A stretch of 63,040 nucleotides of DNA, filler included, from Lenisia limosa (Eukaryota; Protista; Breviatea): assembly GCA_001655205.1 (NCBI GenBank). It is 8 parts of 8 records of this genome, joined end to end, with 100 filler letters (N's around TTAATTAATTAA, not from the genome) between each part and the next. Parts side by side here need not be neighbours in the genome. Positions count along the whole stretch, not along the records: positions 38,167 to 51,707 come from LPNZ01008982.1; positions 51,808 to 54,169 come from LPNZ01000816.1; positions 54,270 to 56,256 come from LPNZ01001569.1; 5 more parts are not named here. One strand, written 5' to 3'. Positions 43,100 through 55,388 of this stretch are shown piece after piece. Position numbers and translations under genes: made by a program. The notes beneath the pieces are model-generated. The model made no database searches and was not told the DNA's origin. It saw nothing but the letters and a program-made list of their open reading frames with translations. The stretch's first letter is position 1. Each line of letters opens with the position of its first letter.

Positions 43100-46000
43100 C
43101 TTCTTCTTCTTTGCTCCTCACGCAAGTTAAACAGGTGGACAGAATATGAGATCTGAGGGATGCTAACCGTGCTAGTTGATTTGCTTGGTTAGCATTTGAT
43201 TTTCACATCTTTAGGTTTCTTCACTGATGGCTGTACTGTTGCGTTCTTATCCTTGCCTCCTCCGTATGTTGGGATGGAGGTACTATTTTTTAAGTTGGAT
43301 GTGACGCTAATTTGATCTTTACTGCTGCGACTAGCTTTCGTTCTGAAAGGATGTTGCGCTCATGATGACTTTCCTTGTCATAGTTATTCTGATCCATTTG
43401 CATTCAGCTTTTCTACACACATGCCTTCATTTCATTTTTCACCCCCTTTAGTTACCAAAGCCCAAAGTCCCCTATCGTCAGAAGTTTTTATCATTTCCCA
43501 AAATTATAGGGGCTGTTGAAGAGGAATATCCTGGTATTTTCTCGTCAACAGCCCCCCTGCCCCTTGTTATATTGCTCGTGGTTGTCATTGCTGTCACAAT
43601 CCTATCATGATTGATTCAACAATGATTCAATCTTTCAATTCAAAACACATTGCGTAGCGCTGTTGCGCCAAGTATTAATCTGACAATACATTGAGAAATT
43701 CTCTGTATACCCCGGACGGTCCTGGTATACTTCCTGAAGGGCCCGGATTTCGGGAAGAGAATATCACAGCTCTAATCCGAGAATAGTCGAATAAAATCAA
43801 AACCTGAACTCAGTTACTCACCTTCTGAAGCAAAGAAAGCCAAGATGTCATACAAACACGAATGCTGGGAGTGCTAGTAGGTTAATGCAGGAGGATCTGG
43901 CTTTTATATCATGTGTAACAGCGATTATTGATATATTTAGCCAGTCACCTGTCCCTTGCCTTTGGGCCTGTTGTTGCCAGTAAGCTTTTGCACTTATTTT
44001 CAATTATAAACAATGTAGATGTTGTGCTTTTGGAAATTACCATGAAAGAATGAGTGTAAGAGGGTTTGATAGGTTCTGATTGCTGCTTCATCCGAGTTTC
44101 CTTGTCTTTCTTCTTTCTGCCATTCCATGGGTAGTAGATGTATTTCGTATGTATTTCATTCCAACCGATGCAATTTCACCCTGCAAAGGGGAGATTTTGC
44201 GGAGTTGCATTTCAAAGGCCACTTCATTTGCTTTTTTTGAGCAGATCTAGGAGGATTACATATATAGTACATGTACTTTAGTATATGATATATACTCCTC
44301 CTTGAGCAGATTCTTTTTATTCATAATTTTAGCCAATTGCGAGTCCCCCCATCCTCAATAATCAAGTGAGTTTTAGTAATTGGTATTCTTTCTTTCTCTT
44401 CATTTTAATGAGACCACTACTCTTTTTTCTGGTTTACGTTGTTAGTGGATATGCTGTATCACTGATCTTCTGTGCCATTTGTGCATCCCCTGCTTCTCTG
44501 CGGTCAAGGGAAGGTGAGGTGCCAATGGGTTTTTGATGTGTGTGCCTTTTCTTCGGTACTGAACGCTCAGACTTGATGCTCGCGAGAAATATGGCTTGAA
44601 GGATTGTCACATTGTTGTGGATGTTCTCATCGGCGTTTGAGGGGCTGTGTAGACCCTTGACTCTGACCATGTCATCTAGGATCCTTTTGATCAACTCTAA
44701 AGCAGAATGTTGATTGCTGTTATTTTGACTGTGCAGTGTTGCTGCTTCCCATGCTCGCATTGCCAGGTCCTCCAGGAAGTCAACCATCGTGAAGCCGCGT
44801 TAGGCCCAATGCCGGCCATCCTCCAGGTCGGCATGGGTTGTAAAGGGGGGGGGGGTGTCAATGACTCTGACAAAGGAACAAGTGGAAAATGGAACAATTT
44901 GAATAGTTGACATTTTTGCCCTTATTCCTGATTTGTTCAGCAAGCACCAAAGGGCTCATCTATGGGAGGGAAAAAAGTGGCAGTCAAGGGCAAGAAGTAA
45001 CTCCAAAAGATAAGACGGAATAGAATTAGGAATAGTAGTTTTAGTTGAATTGTATGTATTGTAGATATAATTAGACTCAGGATAAACACTTCAGATTACT
45101 TGGAAGGCCCCTTTTGAATTTGCTTATTTCACTCAATCAAACAAAATACAATTTAACTTATTTCTAATGAGAGAAGCACGCTTTCTTTGAATCTTACAAG
45201 TTAGAGAGAAGATAGCCAATAATGGATAATTGAAATCATACCCATCATACAGATGAAGTCACTGGGACTGTCAGACTTGATGTGAGGTTGGATATTGGTG
45301 GAAGGGGGGTGAACACATGGAGCCACAACTGAAACTTCATCTTGGTTATCTGAAGGTTCGCCCTGTTTGGTTACAAAGTTGGGTGTGGTGGGAAGAAGAA
45401 TACCGGTATAATTTTCGAAGATTTATCGAGAAATTCTGTCTTTTTTCGAACCGAGGTGATAGTTATGACGAATGATGGTTTCTCAGCCTACCACAATGTC
45501 AAGGAACATGGAATCCTCAAGGGCTTGGTATCTGGCTACGGCTATTTGTTGATCATGGAAATATTTCAGAAGATTCTCCCGTGGCACTGTGAGTTTCGCC
45601 TAAATCGTAATTTCACCAAAGAAATGTAACAATCTCCCCACTGCAAACCAAGTTCTGAAAGTCAGCTTCAATTTTGTGGCACCTCTCGACATTCGGGGTG
45701 TACACTGATTTGACCTAAGTGAATCAGCCCAATGTCACTTGTGATTATGAAATGGACAGAGCTTTAGAAACCTTTATTTGTGTCAATAACTATGAAGTGA
45801 ATCATAAAATTTCACTGAAGACGTACATGTTGGACTGGCCTGAGAGATGGAGCAGTCATTGGATCAAGAGCAATGAGTGCTGGAGACTCCAGAATCTGTC
45901 GGGATAATGCTCCGGCCTGGAAGAGTGAATCATATGAACAGGATAAACGAAAATGGACATTTTAAGAATTATCTCATTATCTCACCTGCTGACTAACAAA
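43100..46000 (-). CDS. Probable multi-exon gene of unknown function (possibly decayed)
   Basis: Exon-like open stretches on the minus strand: SYDSLFQAGALSRQILESPALIALDPM (~45930-45850), VPRENLLKYFHDQQIAVARYQALEDSMFLDIV (~45590-45495), and ORF 44434-44787. No recognisable domain. Confidence 0.3.
45401..45459. mobile_element. MITE family A fragment (other fragments at ~14600-14616, ~15452-15507, ~49040-49077)
   Basis: TACCGGTATAATTTTCGAAGATTTATCGAGAAATTCTGTCTTTTTTCGAACCGAGGTGA matches the core plus one TIR. Confidence 0.7.
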
Positions 46001-46599
46001 TTGAATGAGAGAGAAGAAGAAGGGGTAAAGTAGGGTGGAATGTAAACAGCAAAAAGTGCACACTAGTATATCAAATAAAAGAGCTGTAAAAGATTGAGGA
46101 AAAGAGGTATGAATAAAAAAAAAATCTAATTAATCTCCAAATGAATCTCTCCGTTGTACAGACATAATAGAATATTCGAGATAAACAAAGAGTGTGATGA
46201 CAAGTTGATGAGTTTCGAAGTTTGTAACAAATATAGAAGAGCTTAATCTCTTTTATACAATTAATTATATTTATAAAAACATATTCCCACCATTGTGCTT
46301 GGTTTAGTTGAGTTTTGAGCTCTGGACAAAAATAACCTTTGGTTTTTGGACTGATGAGTTGAATACCACTAATATCACTAAATAATAAAAATCTAATGAT
46401 AATAATATCACTAATAATGATCTAAAGCTTGGTTGTACTGGGCCCCGTCTTAACAAAAAGGCTGAGACTGACTTTCCAAATAAGGAAAGTTTTGAACTGG
46501 GCGGACACGTCATCGACCCGGTACCCGATCAAGGTACCCGATAATGGATCCGTATAATTATTCGGTTCACTCACAAACTTTCCTTATTTGGAATATCCA

Positions 46600-49500
46600 T
46601 ATTTTCTCTTTGTGGAATTTCTTGCTTCAGTGATGTGTGGACCTCTGCTTCTTCTTTCCCTTCCTCTCTTTCAGTGTCAATCTTGGACGAAATTACGGCA
46701 CCCCTTGTCACTAAATTTCACCTCGTTCACTACTCCACTTTCCCCTTGATAATTTTTGGCCCGCTTGACTCCTTTACATTTGACTATCTTCAATGAAGGA
46801 GCCTCTTTGGATTCCAATACTGATAGCCTTTGTTTATTTCATTTGTTTGTCATATGCAAGTGCTGCAAGTCCGTCGGTACAAACACAAATTAAAGGTTCT
46901 TTTGGGGAGTGACAGTGTTAAATTCCTCTGATATATAAAGGGAACATGATGTCGAGATATGATAGTTCTTTCGCAATTATTTGTTCAGATGCATGGGTCA
47001 GCCCTGAACAAACATCGCTGGCTGACGGGTTTTTCAATTTGGCCATTCTCGTGAACACGACCAGTATTGGTACAGTCACTGCAATACAGACCAACACAAT
47101 CATGGGAGTAAGTTGGATGCAAGAACTTACGTGAAACGAAAAGTGCAATCTTATTTTAGATTCAGAAAAGCAGAGACTTTTCTTTCCTTTTCTGAATTTA
47201 TTTTCAAGAAGTGGGTAAAGGTGGAGTTGATCATTAACAAATCATGATTTTGTACCAAGATTGGCAATGGAGGTGAATAATGATTCAACTACATATTTGA
47301 CATTGTGCTCATTTTGCTGCTAATTTCACCATTGTAGAACCCAAGGCAGCTCTGTTCTTTCCCAGGTGACAAATGGACTGTAAGGTGCTCTCAATTTCAG
47401 TGCTGAATAATAATTTTTTTAGTCGAAAGAGCTCACAGTTGAGGAACATTTCAATATTGCTGAAGTTGAACGAGACTTCAGAAAATACACGCTAAATATG
47501 CACCTCAATATGATGGTTTGAGATTTTGCTGGATTTGAGAATTACTATTAGGGGCAATTTTGTCCATTCAAAGTCGGCATTGAGGGTGAACTTTATCGTT
47601 TAAGTGGAAACGTCAAAATCATGGGCCAAATAACTGTAAGTTAACCACATATCTTCAATGTGAGATAACTTATTTAGGTTGCACGGGGTGTTACACGGTC
47701 AAGAAGTATATTTTTGTATTTTGAGCTTTTCCTGACACGGCATGTCGTTGTCAAAACAACAAGGTTAGAATTTCCCTAAAGTGACGATTTTCATTGTTAC
47801 TTAACTGACTACAAAGTACGCTCACTGAACCTCCGATCATCATCCCGAGAAACGACAGTCTCCTTGGTGTCCATGAGGTATGTAATGTTCCGTACAAGCA
47901 CATACCACACAAACAAGGAAGAGTGGAGTAAGTTAACAGTATTCGATATTCAATGCTATGAAGGCATTGATTGTGATAGGTTCGCGGACGAGCAGTGACC
48001 ATTGGCTCTGGGGACCCGGACGCACCTGTACCCCAGGACGTGGCTCACGTCGGGCCGGTTGACAAGGATGGAAAGCCGACGGTGTATTTCAGGTGGGTGC
48101 GTATTGTCGTCATTTGACTTCAGCCCGCCTGTGTCCACTTTTGACTGGAAAATCAACAAGGTCAAACTTGTCTACAAAACACAGGTGAGTAAACTGTTGT
48201 CATGTTGACAATTTAAGGTCTCGCCTGGTTTACGTCTGAACTTTTTAAACGCTACGGTCAATGACCATCTTTCTCTTTTTGGGTACGAGAACACTGTGTC
48301 TGCTTCAAAATCTTGTGCGCAGATAACTGGATTTGGCGATGAGTATATCATTAACAAGAAGCCAGTGAATGTTACAGGTAATGGGAGTGACACACAAATT
48401 GACCAGTCAGAACCGACAGAAGTATGTTATCAAGAGTTTACCTTTCTGCTTAGACCAGTTCAGGGATGCATTTTCTCCTCAAATAACACTATTGTATGAA
48501 ATTGACACCTTTTATGTATTCTTATTTTGTTTAGGATTTTGGACTGGAATGTATTCCACCCTTTACTTGCAATAAAAATGAATTCAAATATACCCTCAAT
48601 GCGCTACTGACCAGCACTGGTCCTACTGAAAAATGTGACACCGTAAGAGCTGCAATTACTCTAAAACATAATTTAGGTTGCGATTAAGGATGGTATAAGT
48701 TTGTCCTACACGACACCAAATGACGTGTCTGTATTCTACAAGAACTACAAAGTAGCTCCAACGATACATATTTCCCCACTTGACCAGTCAAACAAGGTAT
48801 GAGCAAAGGCTATCATTATAATCGCAAGCAACTCCTTTGCCCACAAATATGTTATGACAACTACAGTAGATTCCAGAATGTGACTTGTCCCTTACTCTTC
48901 CAGATGCTAGGAGTCACCCCAATTTCTGTTAGTTTTCTGGACTCAGCACGGAGGTATCGAAACCTTTATCAGGTCATTTCAGGCGTATCCGTGAGCGGAC
49001 AAATAGCAAATTCCAAACTTTGAGATTACCACATAACAGGGGCTTCACTTTGGTTTGAAAATATTCGATAGTTTTCGTTGTCATATAACGATTAGGGAGT
49101 CGCTTCAAGAAACAAATTCCTCCAGTCAACGACGGTCAATAGTCTTGGCTTTTCAGTTCGGTTGGCAGTCTGGTGGTTGTGCGTTGACATCATCATTAGG
49201 GTGACAGACGGGCTCTCAGATTCGCTTATTAAAATGAGCGAGGCGGAATCATACACGACTTTTGGTTTTGAGGCCAGATTACAGGCCAAACTACTTATCA
49301 ATGAGGTTGGTAACTGCTGATGAATGTTCGGATTCGGCAGCCAATAACAATTTAGGAAACCCGAAAATACGACCTTGAGGCTGCTGAAATGTACCACTAC
49401 AGTTACACTGAAGAAACAGTGAGATTCATAAATGTGGAAATGTGTATATTGCTTGTCTATGATTTGACATGACGTCGCAGTGTGAGTGGGAAACGTCATC

Positions 49501-49859
49501 TCCATGCAGCATCAACAATGGCGGCTGCATGGTGCCGCCTTACATTGGATGCAGCGCTCTTGGTTAGCTAATGGCCACTGTAGCTGACTCTTTTAGGCTG
49601 CTCAGCGCGTAATAAATGCAACCAATGCCCTTACGGGGTGACAGCAAACGGCGACTGTGAGGAAAAGCCGACCCTTGAGCCCACTGCTGAGCCTGAAGAC
49701 GAAAGCATTGGTGACGGCACATACTACATGCTTGCCGGTTTGCTTGCTATCTTTCAAATCATCCATCCAGGACTGGCTGCCGCCGGAGGTGTCATTTTCG
49801 TTGTGGCCGTGGTCATGGCTAAGAAGAAGAAGAAACAAACTTACCCCGGGCATCCTTAA
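46600..49859 (+). CDS. Probable type I surface protein with a membrane-proximal EGF-like module
   Basis: Many + exons; CSINNGGCMVPPYIGC at ~49505-49550; final exon ANGDCEEKPTLEPTAEPEDESIGDG...LAAAGGVIFVVAVVMAKKKKKQTYPGHP* gives a TM segment plus basic stop-transfer. The start was not resolved. Confidence 0.55.
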
Positions 49860-50226
49860 GTCCTGCTATTCATATTATTGATGTAAATCATCTAAAAACC
49901 CAAACAATGTAATGCTTCAAATAATTGCCATGTATTATCCGAAATAGCCAATCTCCAAGAAAGGCAATCCGACTCACATCAGCTAAAGCATAATGTCCAC
50001 ATCACCTTCAATCTAAGGGGGTGACAAAAGAGTCTTTTATTTAGTTAATGTTTATTATCTAATTATGGCAATCCACTCTCACCTGAGCATCCAGGTTTTC
50101 AAGGGTAGTGTTAACCTTCTTCTTCTTAGGCTTGCGTCTAAACCATGAAATTATCAAGCTAAGGAATCTATGTGTTCTTCGTGATCATGATACGAAACAG
50201 AACGCAAACAATAAATGGTGTGTAGG

Positions 50227-50316
50227 GGGCTTCACTTCGGTTCTAAAAAAGACTGAATTTCTCGATAAATCCTCGAAAACTATCAATATTTTATAGGTAT
50301 TTTTCGAACTGAAATG
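50227..50316. mobile_element. MITE family A, type 1, right TIR degraded
   Basis: GGGCTTCACTTCGGTTCTAAAAAAGACTGAATTTCTCGATAAATCCTCGAAAACTATCAATATT...TTTTCGAACTGAAATGAA. Confidence 0.8.
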
Positions 50317-50399
50317 AAAATGGTGTGGTTCAAACATCACTGGTTAAGTAATGACAACACAAGTTTTTATACACCTGAACTACAACAAGAGAATCCCCC

Positions 50400-52410
50400 T
50401 CACTTTCTGGCAGCAGTAGGAGCCCAGTCATCAGTTTCTTCAACATCTACAGAGTTAATGACCATATGCAGGATCAAAAGAATGAGTAACCCCAAGTACT
50501 TTCAAACATGTTCTTCGGTGCAACTGCTTCTTCCTCAACCTACGGGGATAAGTAACGAAAACTCAAGACAATGCCCTCATTCCAATCCACGAAACAAACC
50601 TTCTTCTTGGACTTCTTGCGTTTCTTTTTTGTGTCGTCTTCGAAAGAGAAGTCACCGTCAGTCACTCCTGCCAAGTCAGCAAATGTGCTTGATTGAAGAG
50701 GGTTAATTACGAAAAAAAAGCCTACCAAGGGGAGCGGGCACTCTGATACCGGAAGGAGGGCTGGGAGTGGGGGCAGAAAGAGCTGTGGAGGGAAATAATG
50801 ATAATGTAGAATTAAAGAGTGAAATTTTTTTCAATAACACTATACTAACTTGTAGGAGCAGCAGCAACAGGTTCAGCAACCTAAAGAGTCACATGGTTGT
50901 CCTAACACATCCAGCTTTGAAATATCTAAATCATAGTTATGTAGCTTCCCCGAACCTTGACCGCCTCCTTGACCTGAGGTGGGGAAGGAGCTGATGACGA
51001 CTCTAAAATGTCAGAAAAGGAAGCGGAGAGGTGTCAAACTATTTTGTGAGAGATGTCAAAAGTGAAAACGAAGCCTCATAAAATGAACAAAAATGGCCGC
51101 ATAACCCACCCTTGTTCTGAGTCAAATGAGCCAGGAGAGAGCCGTGAAGAAGCGACTCATCTATATCTCCCGAAAGAACATCTCGAATTCGCTTTAACTC
51201 TGTACCAATTAGATCCCTGTTTTATTCATCGAGAATAATCATCATGGTCAAGCCTATTACACATAGCATGAAGGAAAAATTAAAGTCCCAGCTAACCAGC
51301 AAGGACGAGGAATGATGTGTCAGGATCGGGGCTTCCTCTAAGGGGATTAGGTAAACGTACGCTAACGATCATACGATGATCCCCCCTCCCCTCCCCACTC
51401 TCCAAGAAGCTCCTTCTGCAGAATTGTGATTGCGTTATCAAGGTACTTTCCGCAGTGTCCAGCTAAAGCAGAGGAGCCTGACGAGCCTGCTGGATAGATG
51501 TGAAAGATAGCTGGGACATATCATATAGTATATTAAAATTTGTATAATAATTACAATATAATGTATCTGTCCAGTGTGCATATATCAATAATATATGATT
51601 ATACATATATATTTCAGCAATGTGAGGCCCACTCGTTACACCCGAATCTGCCCGGACCGGGGGGACCATTGAGCCTGATGATGGGTCCTGTCTCTGTCTG
51701 GAGAGGGNNNNNNNNNNNNNNNNNNNNNNNNNNNNNNNNNNNNNNNNNNNNTTAATTAATTAANNNNNNNNNNNNNNNNNNNNNNNNNNNNNNNNNNNNN
51801 NNNNNNNACGATCATCATACTATCCCAGCATCCCCACTTACGCAAATGAACGTTGGCGTAAGAGTCCCTGGCGAAGATCCCGGGCGGAGAGAGGCCCTTC
51901 ATCATGATGATGATCACCCATCAGAAAGGAAGCCGGCTTCCTCAACCTTCGCAACTACCTATCTCCCTATCTCATTCTAGCTTCTATAAATAACTAAATA
52001 TAGCGAAGAGTTGCAAGAGGAAGCTTGGAAGAGCCTTAAGGTGCCTTTGGCTATCAGAAAACAGTTGCTTTTTACAACCACAAGATCATAATTTTGCAGC
52101 ACTTCTGGTACGTCTGGCTGGACCTCTGGTATCCTTATGAACTTATTATCTGGTTCTTTCTCCTTGTAAAATCATTTTTGACCAATAATTTCGGTAAATA
52201 TCGAAATTTCCGATATATTTATCTCGCGCTCAGGAGCTCCTTCAAATAACATAATAACAGCAGCATAAATAAACATCAAGAACATACATAATGTACATAT
52301 GATAGATGTTATTGCTCCAGGATGCACGATGTTACTAGAAGTATAAACATAGCAAGGATTCTCCCTTAGATATTGATGTAGTTTTGAAATCTGCAGTCCT
52401 CCACGAACCT
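50400..52410 (-). CDS. Multi-exon gene of unknown function with a charged low-complexity C-terminus
   Basis: Exons EKEPDNKFIRIPEVQPDVPEVLQNYDL, VVAKVEEAGFLSD, GHCGKYLDNAITILQKELLGE, TELKRIRDVLSGDIDESLLHGSLL, DGDFSFEDDTKKKRKKSKKK|VEEEAVAPKNMFEVLG|DVEETDDWAPTAARK*. Confidence 0.5.
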
Positions 52411-52743
52411 GGGGAAAAGTCCTTTCTAATATCGTGGGGGGGGGGGGGTTAAGCAAAGANNNNNNNNNNNNNNNNNNNNNNNNNNNNNNNNNNNTGATTG
52501 TGCTAGGAGGAATAAATCTAAAGTACTACTTATACTTGCCTTCTATTTTAGTACTTATAGTTATTCCTCCAAGGTTTGTGGGGTTTTTTTTGTGTCGTCT
52601 AGTATTTATTTTTAATTTTTTTGTTGTTGCTTCTATTATTTCTTTTTGTTAGTTTGGAGTTTTAGATTATTCTTGGTGGTATCATTACTCCAATATTCTT
52701 CGTCGAATTTTCCTTTGTTTTACCCCGTAAGCTGGAGTGATGG

Positions 52744-52850
52744 GATGCGGAAAAAAGCGCCTGGGCTTTGTTTGTTTTTTTGTTATCAACCCTTGTGTGT
52801 TATCAGCCAACAGAGTTGATTTTGGGCTTTTTTGTTTTCTAATTTTCACA
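52744..52850 (+). repeat. Dispersed repeat family B (copies at ~54140-54365 on + and ~58175-58280 on -)
   Basis: Shared CCTG(G/A)GCTTTGTTT..TTGTTATCA(A/C)CCCT(T/C)GTGTGTT...GAT(T)TTGGGCTTTTT...AATTTT. Confidence 0.75.
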
Positions 52851-52873
52851 ACCCCCCTCCCTTAACCCATTAG

Positions 52874-54966
52874 GAGAAGCCATGGGAAAACTGCCTCTCG
52901 GATGTCTAGTGTTTGATGCGGACTTTGAATCTGGTATGTTTAGATGACACACGCAAGTTGATATGTATGTGTAGATGACACATCAATATCTGCATATAAT
53001 ATAATATACAGGGAACTTTTATTTTCCACGCAGCGATATGATACCTAATACCCACTCGTCTTTTTATTGACCGGCAACATTATTCCTCCAGGTACCTAAC
53101 ATTATTCGTAGCACTAAATAGCCAACATTTAATTCCCAGATAACCTTTTTTTAACATTGTTTTTCTTTGAACGGAAAAAGAGAAATAATTTTAGAAATCT
53201 AGGGAAACAAGTACATAGGAATACCAAAAATAAATTACTATCTCGCACACTATCGCGCCCACGCTCCTATCCTTGGATATTTCATAACACAAGCGCTTCC
53301 CTGCGGTCCCAAAAAATGACCGGATTTTCGATAAGCTCTCGATATTTTCCCGGTATTTTTTTCGGAACGTAGGCAAGTCCTACATATCACTAAACAAGTA
53401 TTAAAGCAGGGTGGTAATTCAGAAAGATATTTCGTTCAATTTTCTCAAAGATTGACGCATATTGATAGTTAATAACAAAAAAGTAATTTATTTGAAAGAA
53501 GGCGTCTTAGGAAAAAATTCTAACACATCTGTAACAATTTTCTGAATTACCACCCTGATTTAACACCCAGGTAACCTCGGATTTGCCAAGGCCCTTTCAC
53601 GATGGGAGTACACTGTAGCAATTCGTGGAGGTGGGACGGTATTAGTTAAGTATGCTAATGGACAATTTGAAATGTGTTTCCGTGGCACAAGACCATTGTT
53701 GAAAGACCTACGGTTATTGCTTGTATTACACAGGGGTTATCGTCCTTATTTATGTTATACAATAATCTATTGTCTCTGATAAGCGTGATGGTGTGTACGG
53801 CTTCGGTCAGATAAAACCTAATATTTAACGTTTCAGACACAAATCGCGCAAGATTCCGCGTGTGGTTCTATTTTCGCGTCAGAAACAGTTCGGCTAATCA
53901 GCGTGTCATTATACACATTACTGGGGGGAGCAAAGCTCGGTCGCTCTTTCGGTAGGGGACGGGGATGGTATTATCAAATAGTTGCCAACAGTGTATTAGA
54001 GCTTCCCTGTGGTCCGAAAAAGACCGGTGGAATATCGATATTTATCGAGGATTTATATAGAACTTCAGTCTTTTTTGGACCATAGGAAGCCTACAATATA
54101 CAAGTGCCAGAGGCCAACCCAATGTATTCGGGATGCCCCCTCGACGGTGCTGCAGAAGTGACTGGCCTGNNNNNNNNNNNNNNNNNNNNNNNNNNNNNNN
54201 NNNNNNNNNNNNNTTAATTAATTAANNNNNNNNNNNNNNNNNNNNNNNNNNNNNNNNNNNNNNNNNNNNCTGGGCTTTGTTTTTTTTTGTTATCAACCCT
54301 CGTGTGTTGTCAGCTAACAGAGTTGATTTGGGCTTCTTTTTGTTTCATCAATTTTTCAATTTTACTCCCCCCCCCCTCTAGCATTCCATGACCATTCCAG
54401 GGGGAGGTGACCCCGGATGGGGTCAAGCCTCCGTCATACACTACGAGTGGAAACTCGTGTCACCCTGGAGTGACGCACGTGACTCGTTTATGCAAACTGA
54501 TGTGGGTAGGGCTTCACATCTGTTGGAAAAGAACACTAAAATATCGATAGTTTTCGAGGATTTATCAAGAAATTCTGTCTTTTTTCAACCTGAGACACTA
54601 GATATGTGTCTTGATTTGGAAGAGGGATTGGGGGGGGGGGTTGAACTTGCATTTTGGAAGGACTTAGATTAATCTCTCTTGTTCAGAATTGAGGTCATTT
54701 GTTTCATAAATATATTTCTCTTTTTACCCCTCCCTCTTTGGGTTTTATCTTTTTGCCTAATTTGTGCATTCACCCCCATAGGAAATAACATCAGTGGACC
54801 AAGATGTAAAATACGACCCCTCAAGGACTGCTTTTCTCCCCTATGCTCCATGGTAATTTTTGATAGCTTCTCAGACCCCTAGATTAGAATGTACTTTTAG
54901 CTTGTTTCCGTACGCGAGGCTGAGTTGAGTGTTGTGGAACTTCGGTTTTGGACTATAGACTGTTAA
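52874..54966 (+). CDS. Cytosolic carboxypeptidase AGBL4/CCP6-like, N-terminal domain (catalytic M14 domain not found)
   Basis: MGKLPLGCLVFDADFES|GNLGFAKALSRWEYTVAIRG|DTNRARFRVWFYFRVRNSSANQRVIIHIT (52882-53920) matches the CCP FDA.FESGNL and AGBL4 DT.NPRFRVWF.F.V.N....QRVI motifs. Downstream exons are divergent and interrupted by a linker gap at 54214. Confidence 0.7.
53293..53380. mobile_element. MITE family A, type 2
   Basis: GCTTCCCTGCGGTCCCAAAAAA...TTTTTTCGGAACGTAGGCAAGTCC|TA; intronic. Confidence 0.7.
53999..54091. mobile_element. MITE family A, type 2, full length
   Basis: TA|GAGCTTCCCTGTGGTCCGAAAAAGACCGGT...TCGAGGATTTAT...TTTTTTGGACCATAGGAAGCC|TA. Confidence 0.8.
54509..54595. mobile_element. 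MITE family A, type 1, degenerate
   Basis: TA|GGGCTTCACATC...TATCGATAGTTTTCGAGGATTTATCAAGAAATTCTGTCTTTTTTC. Confidence 0.7.
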
Positions 54967-55388
54967 GAAGTATTCAGCTGACAAGACAGGAAAATATTTA
55001 TTTTCAGGCGCGTTGGGATTGTCGTCATATATATGATATGATATTGAGACCGCCTTTTGACTCTGTTCAATGTTATAAATTCTGCATCGTGACAATGCTA
55101 TAAATAAATACCGTTTGTCAAACCTTTCTTGAAAGCAACAGTATAAGAAGTGTAAAACTTCTATCACCCTAGATCCATACCACCACGCACATTGGCAATA
55201 GTTGCACATGGCCGAATACTTCTTCCTTTCCAGAGAGGAGGGGATGGGGTGAGCAGGGTCAGAGAAGCAGCACTGATGTATTGTATGTCTTCTTACGAAA
55301 CTCCTTGTCTTTTTTCTTTTTTTTTGGATAACATTGACCCCCCCCTGGGAAACCTAAAAAGAAATCTATTATACCATGCCGCTCGGCT

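Noticed and set aside
44434-44830. FLEDLAMRAW as a piggyBac transposase C-terminus
   Set aside because: The similarity is only a few residues, with no upstream DDD motifs and no TTAA-flanked ends.
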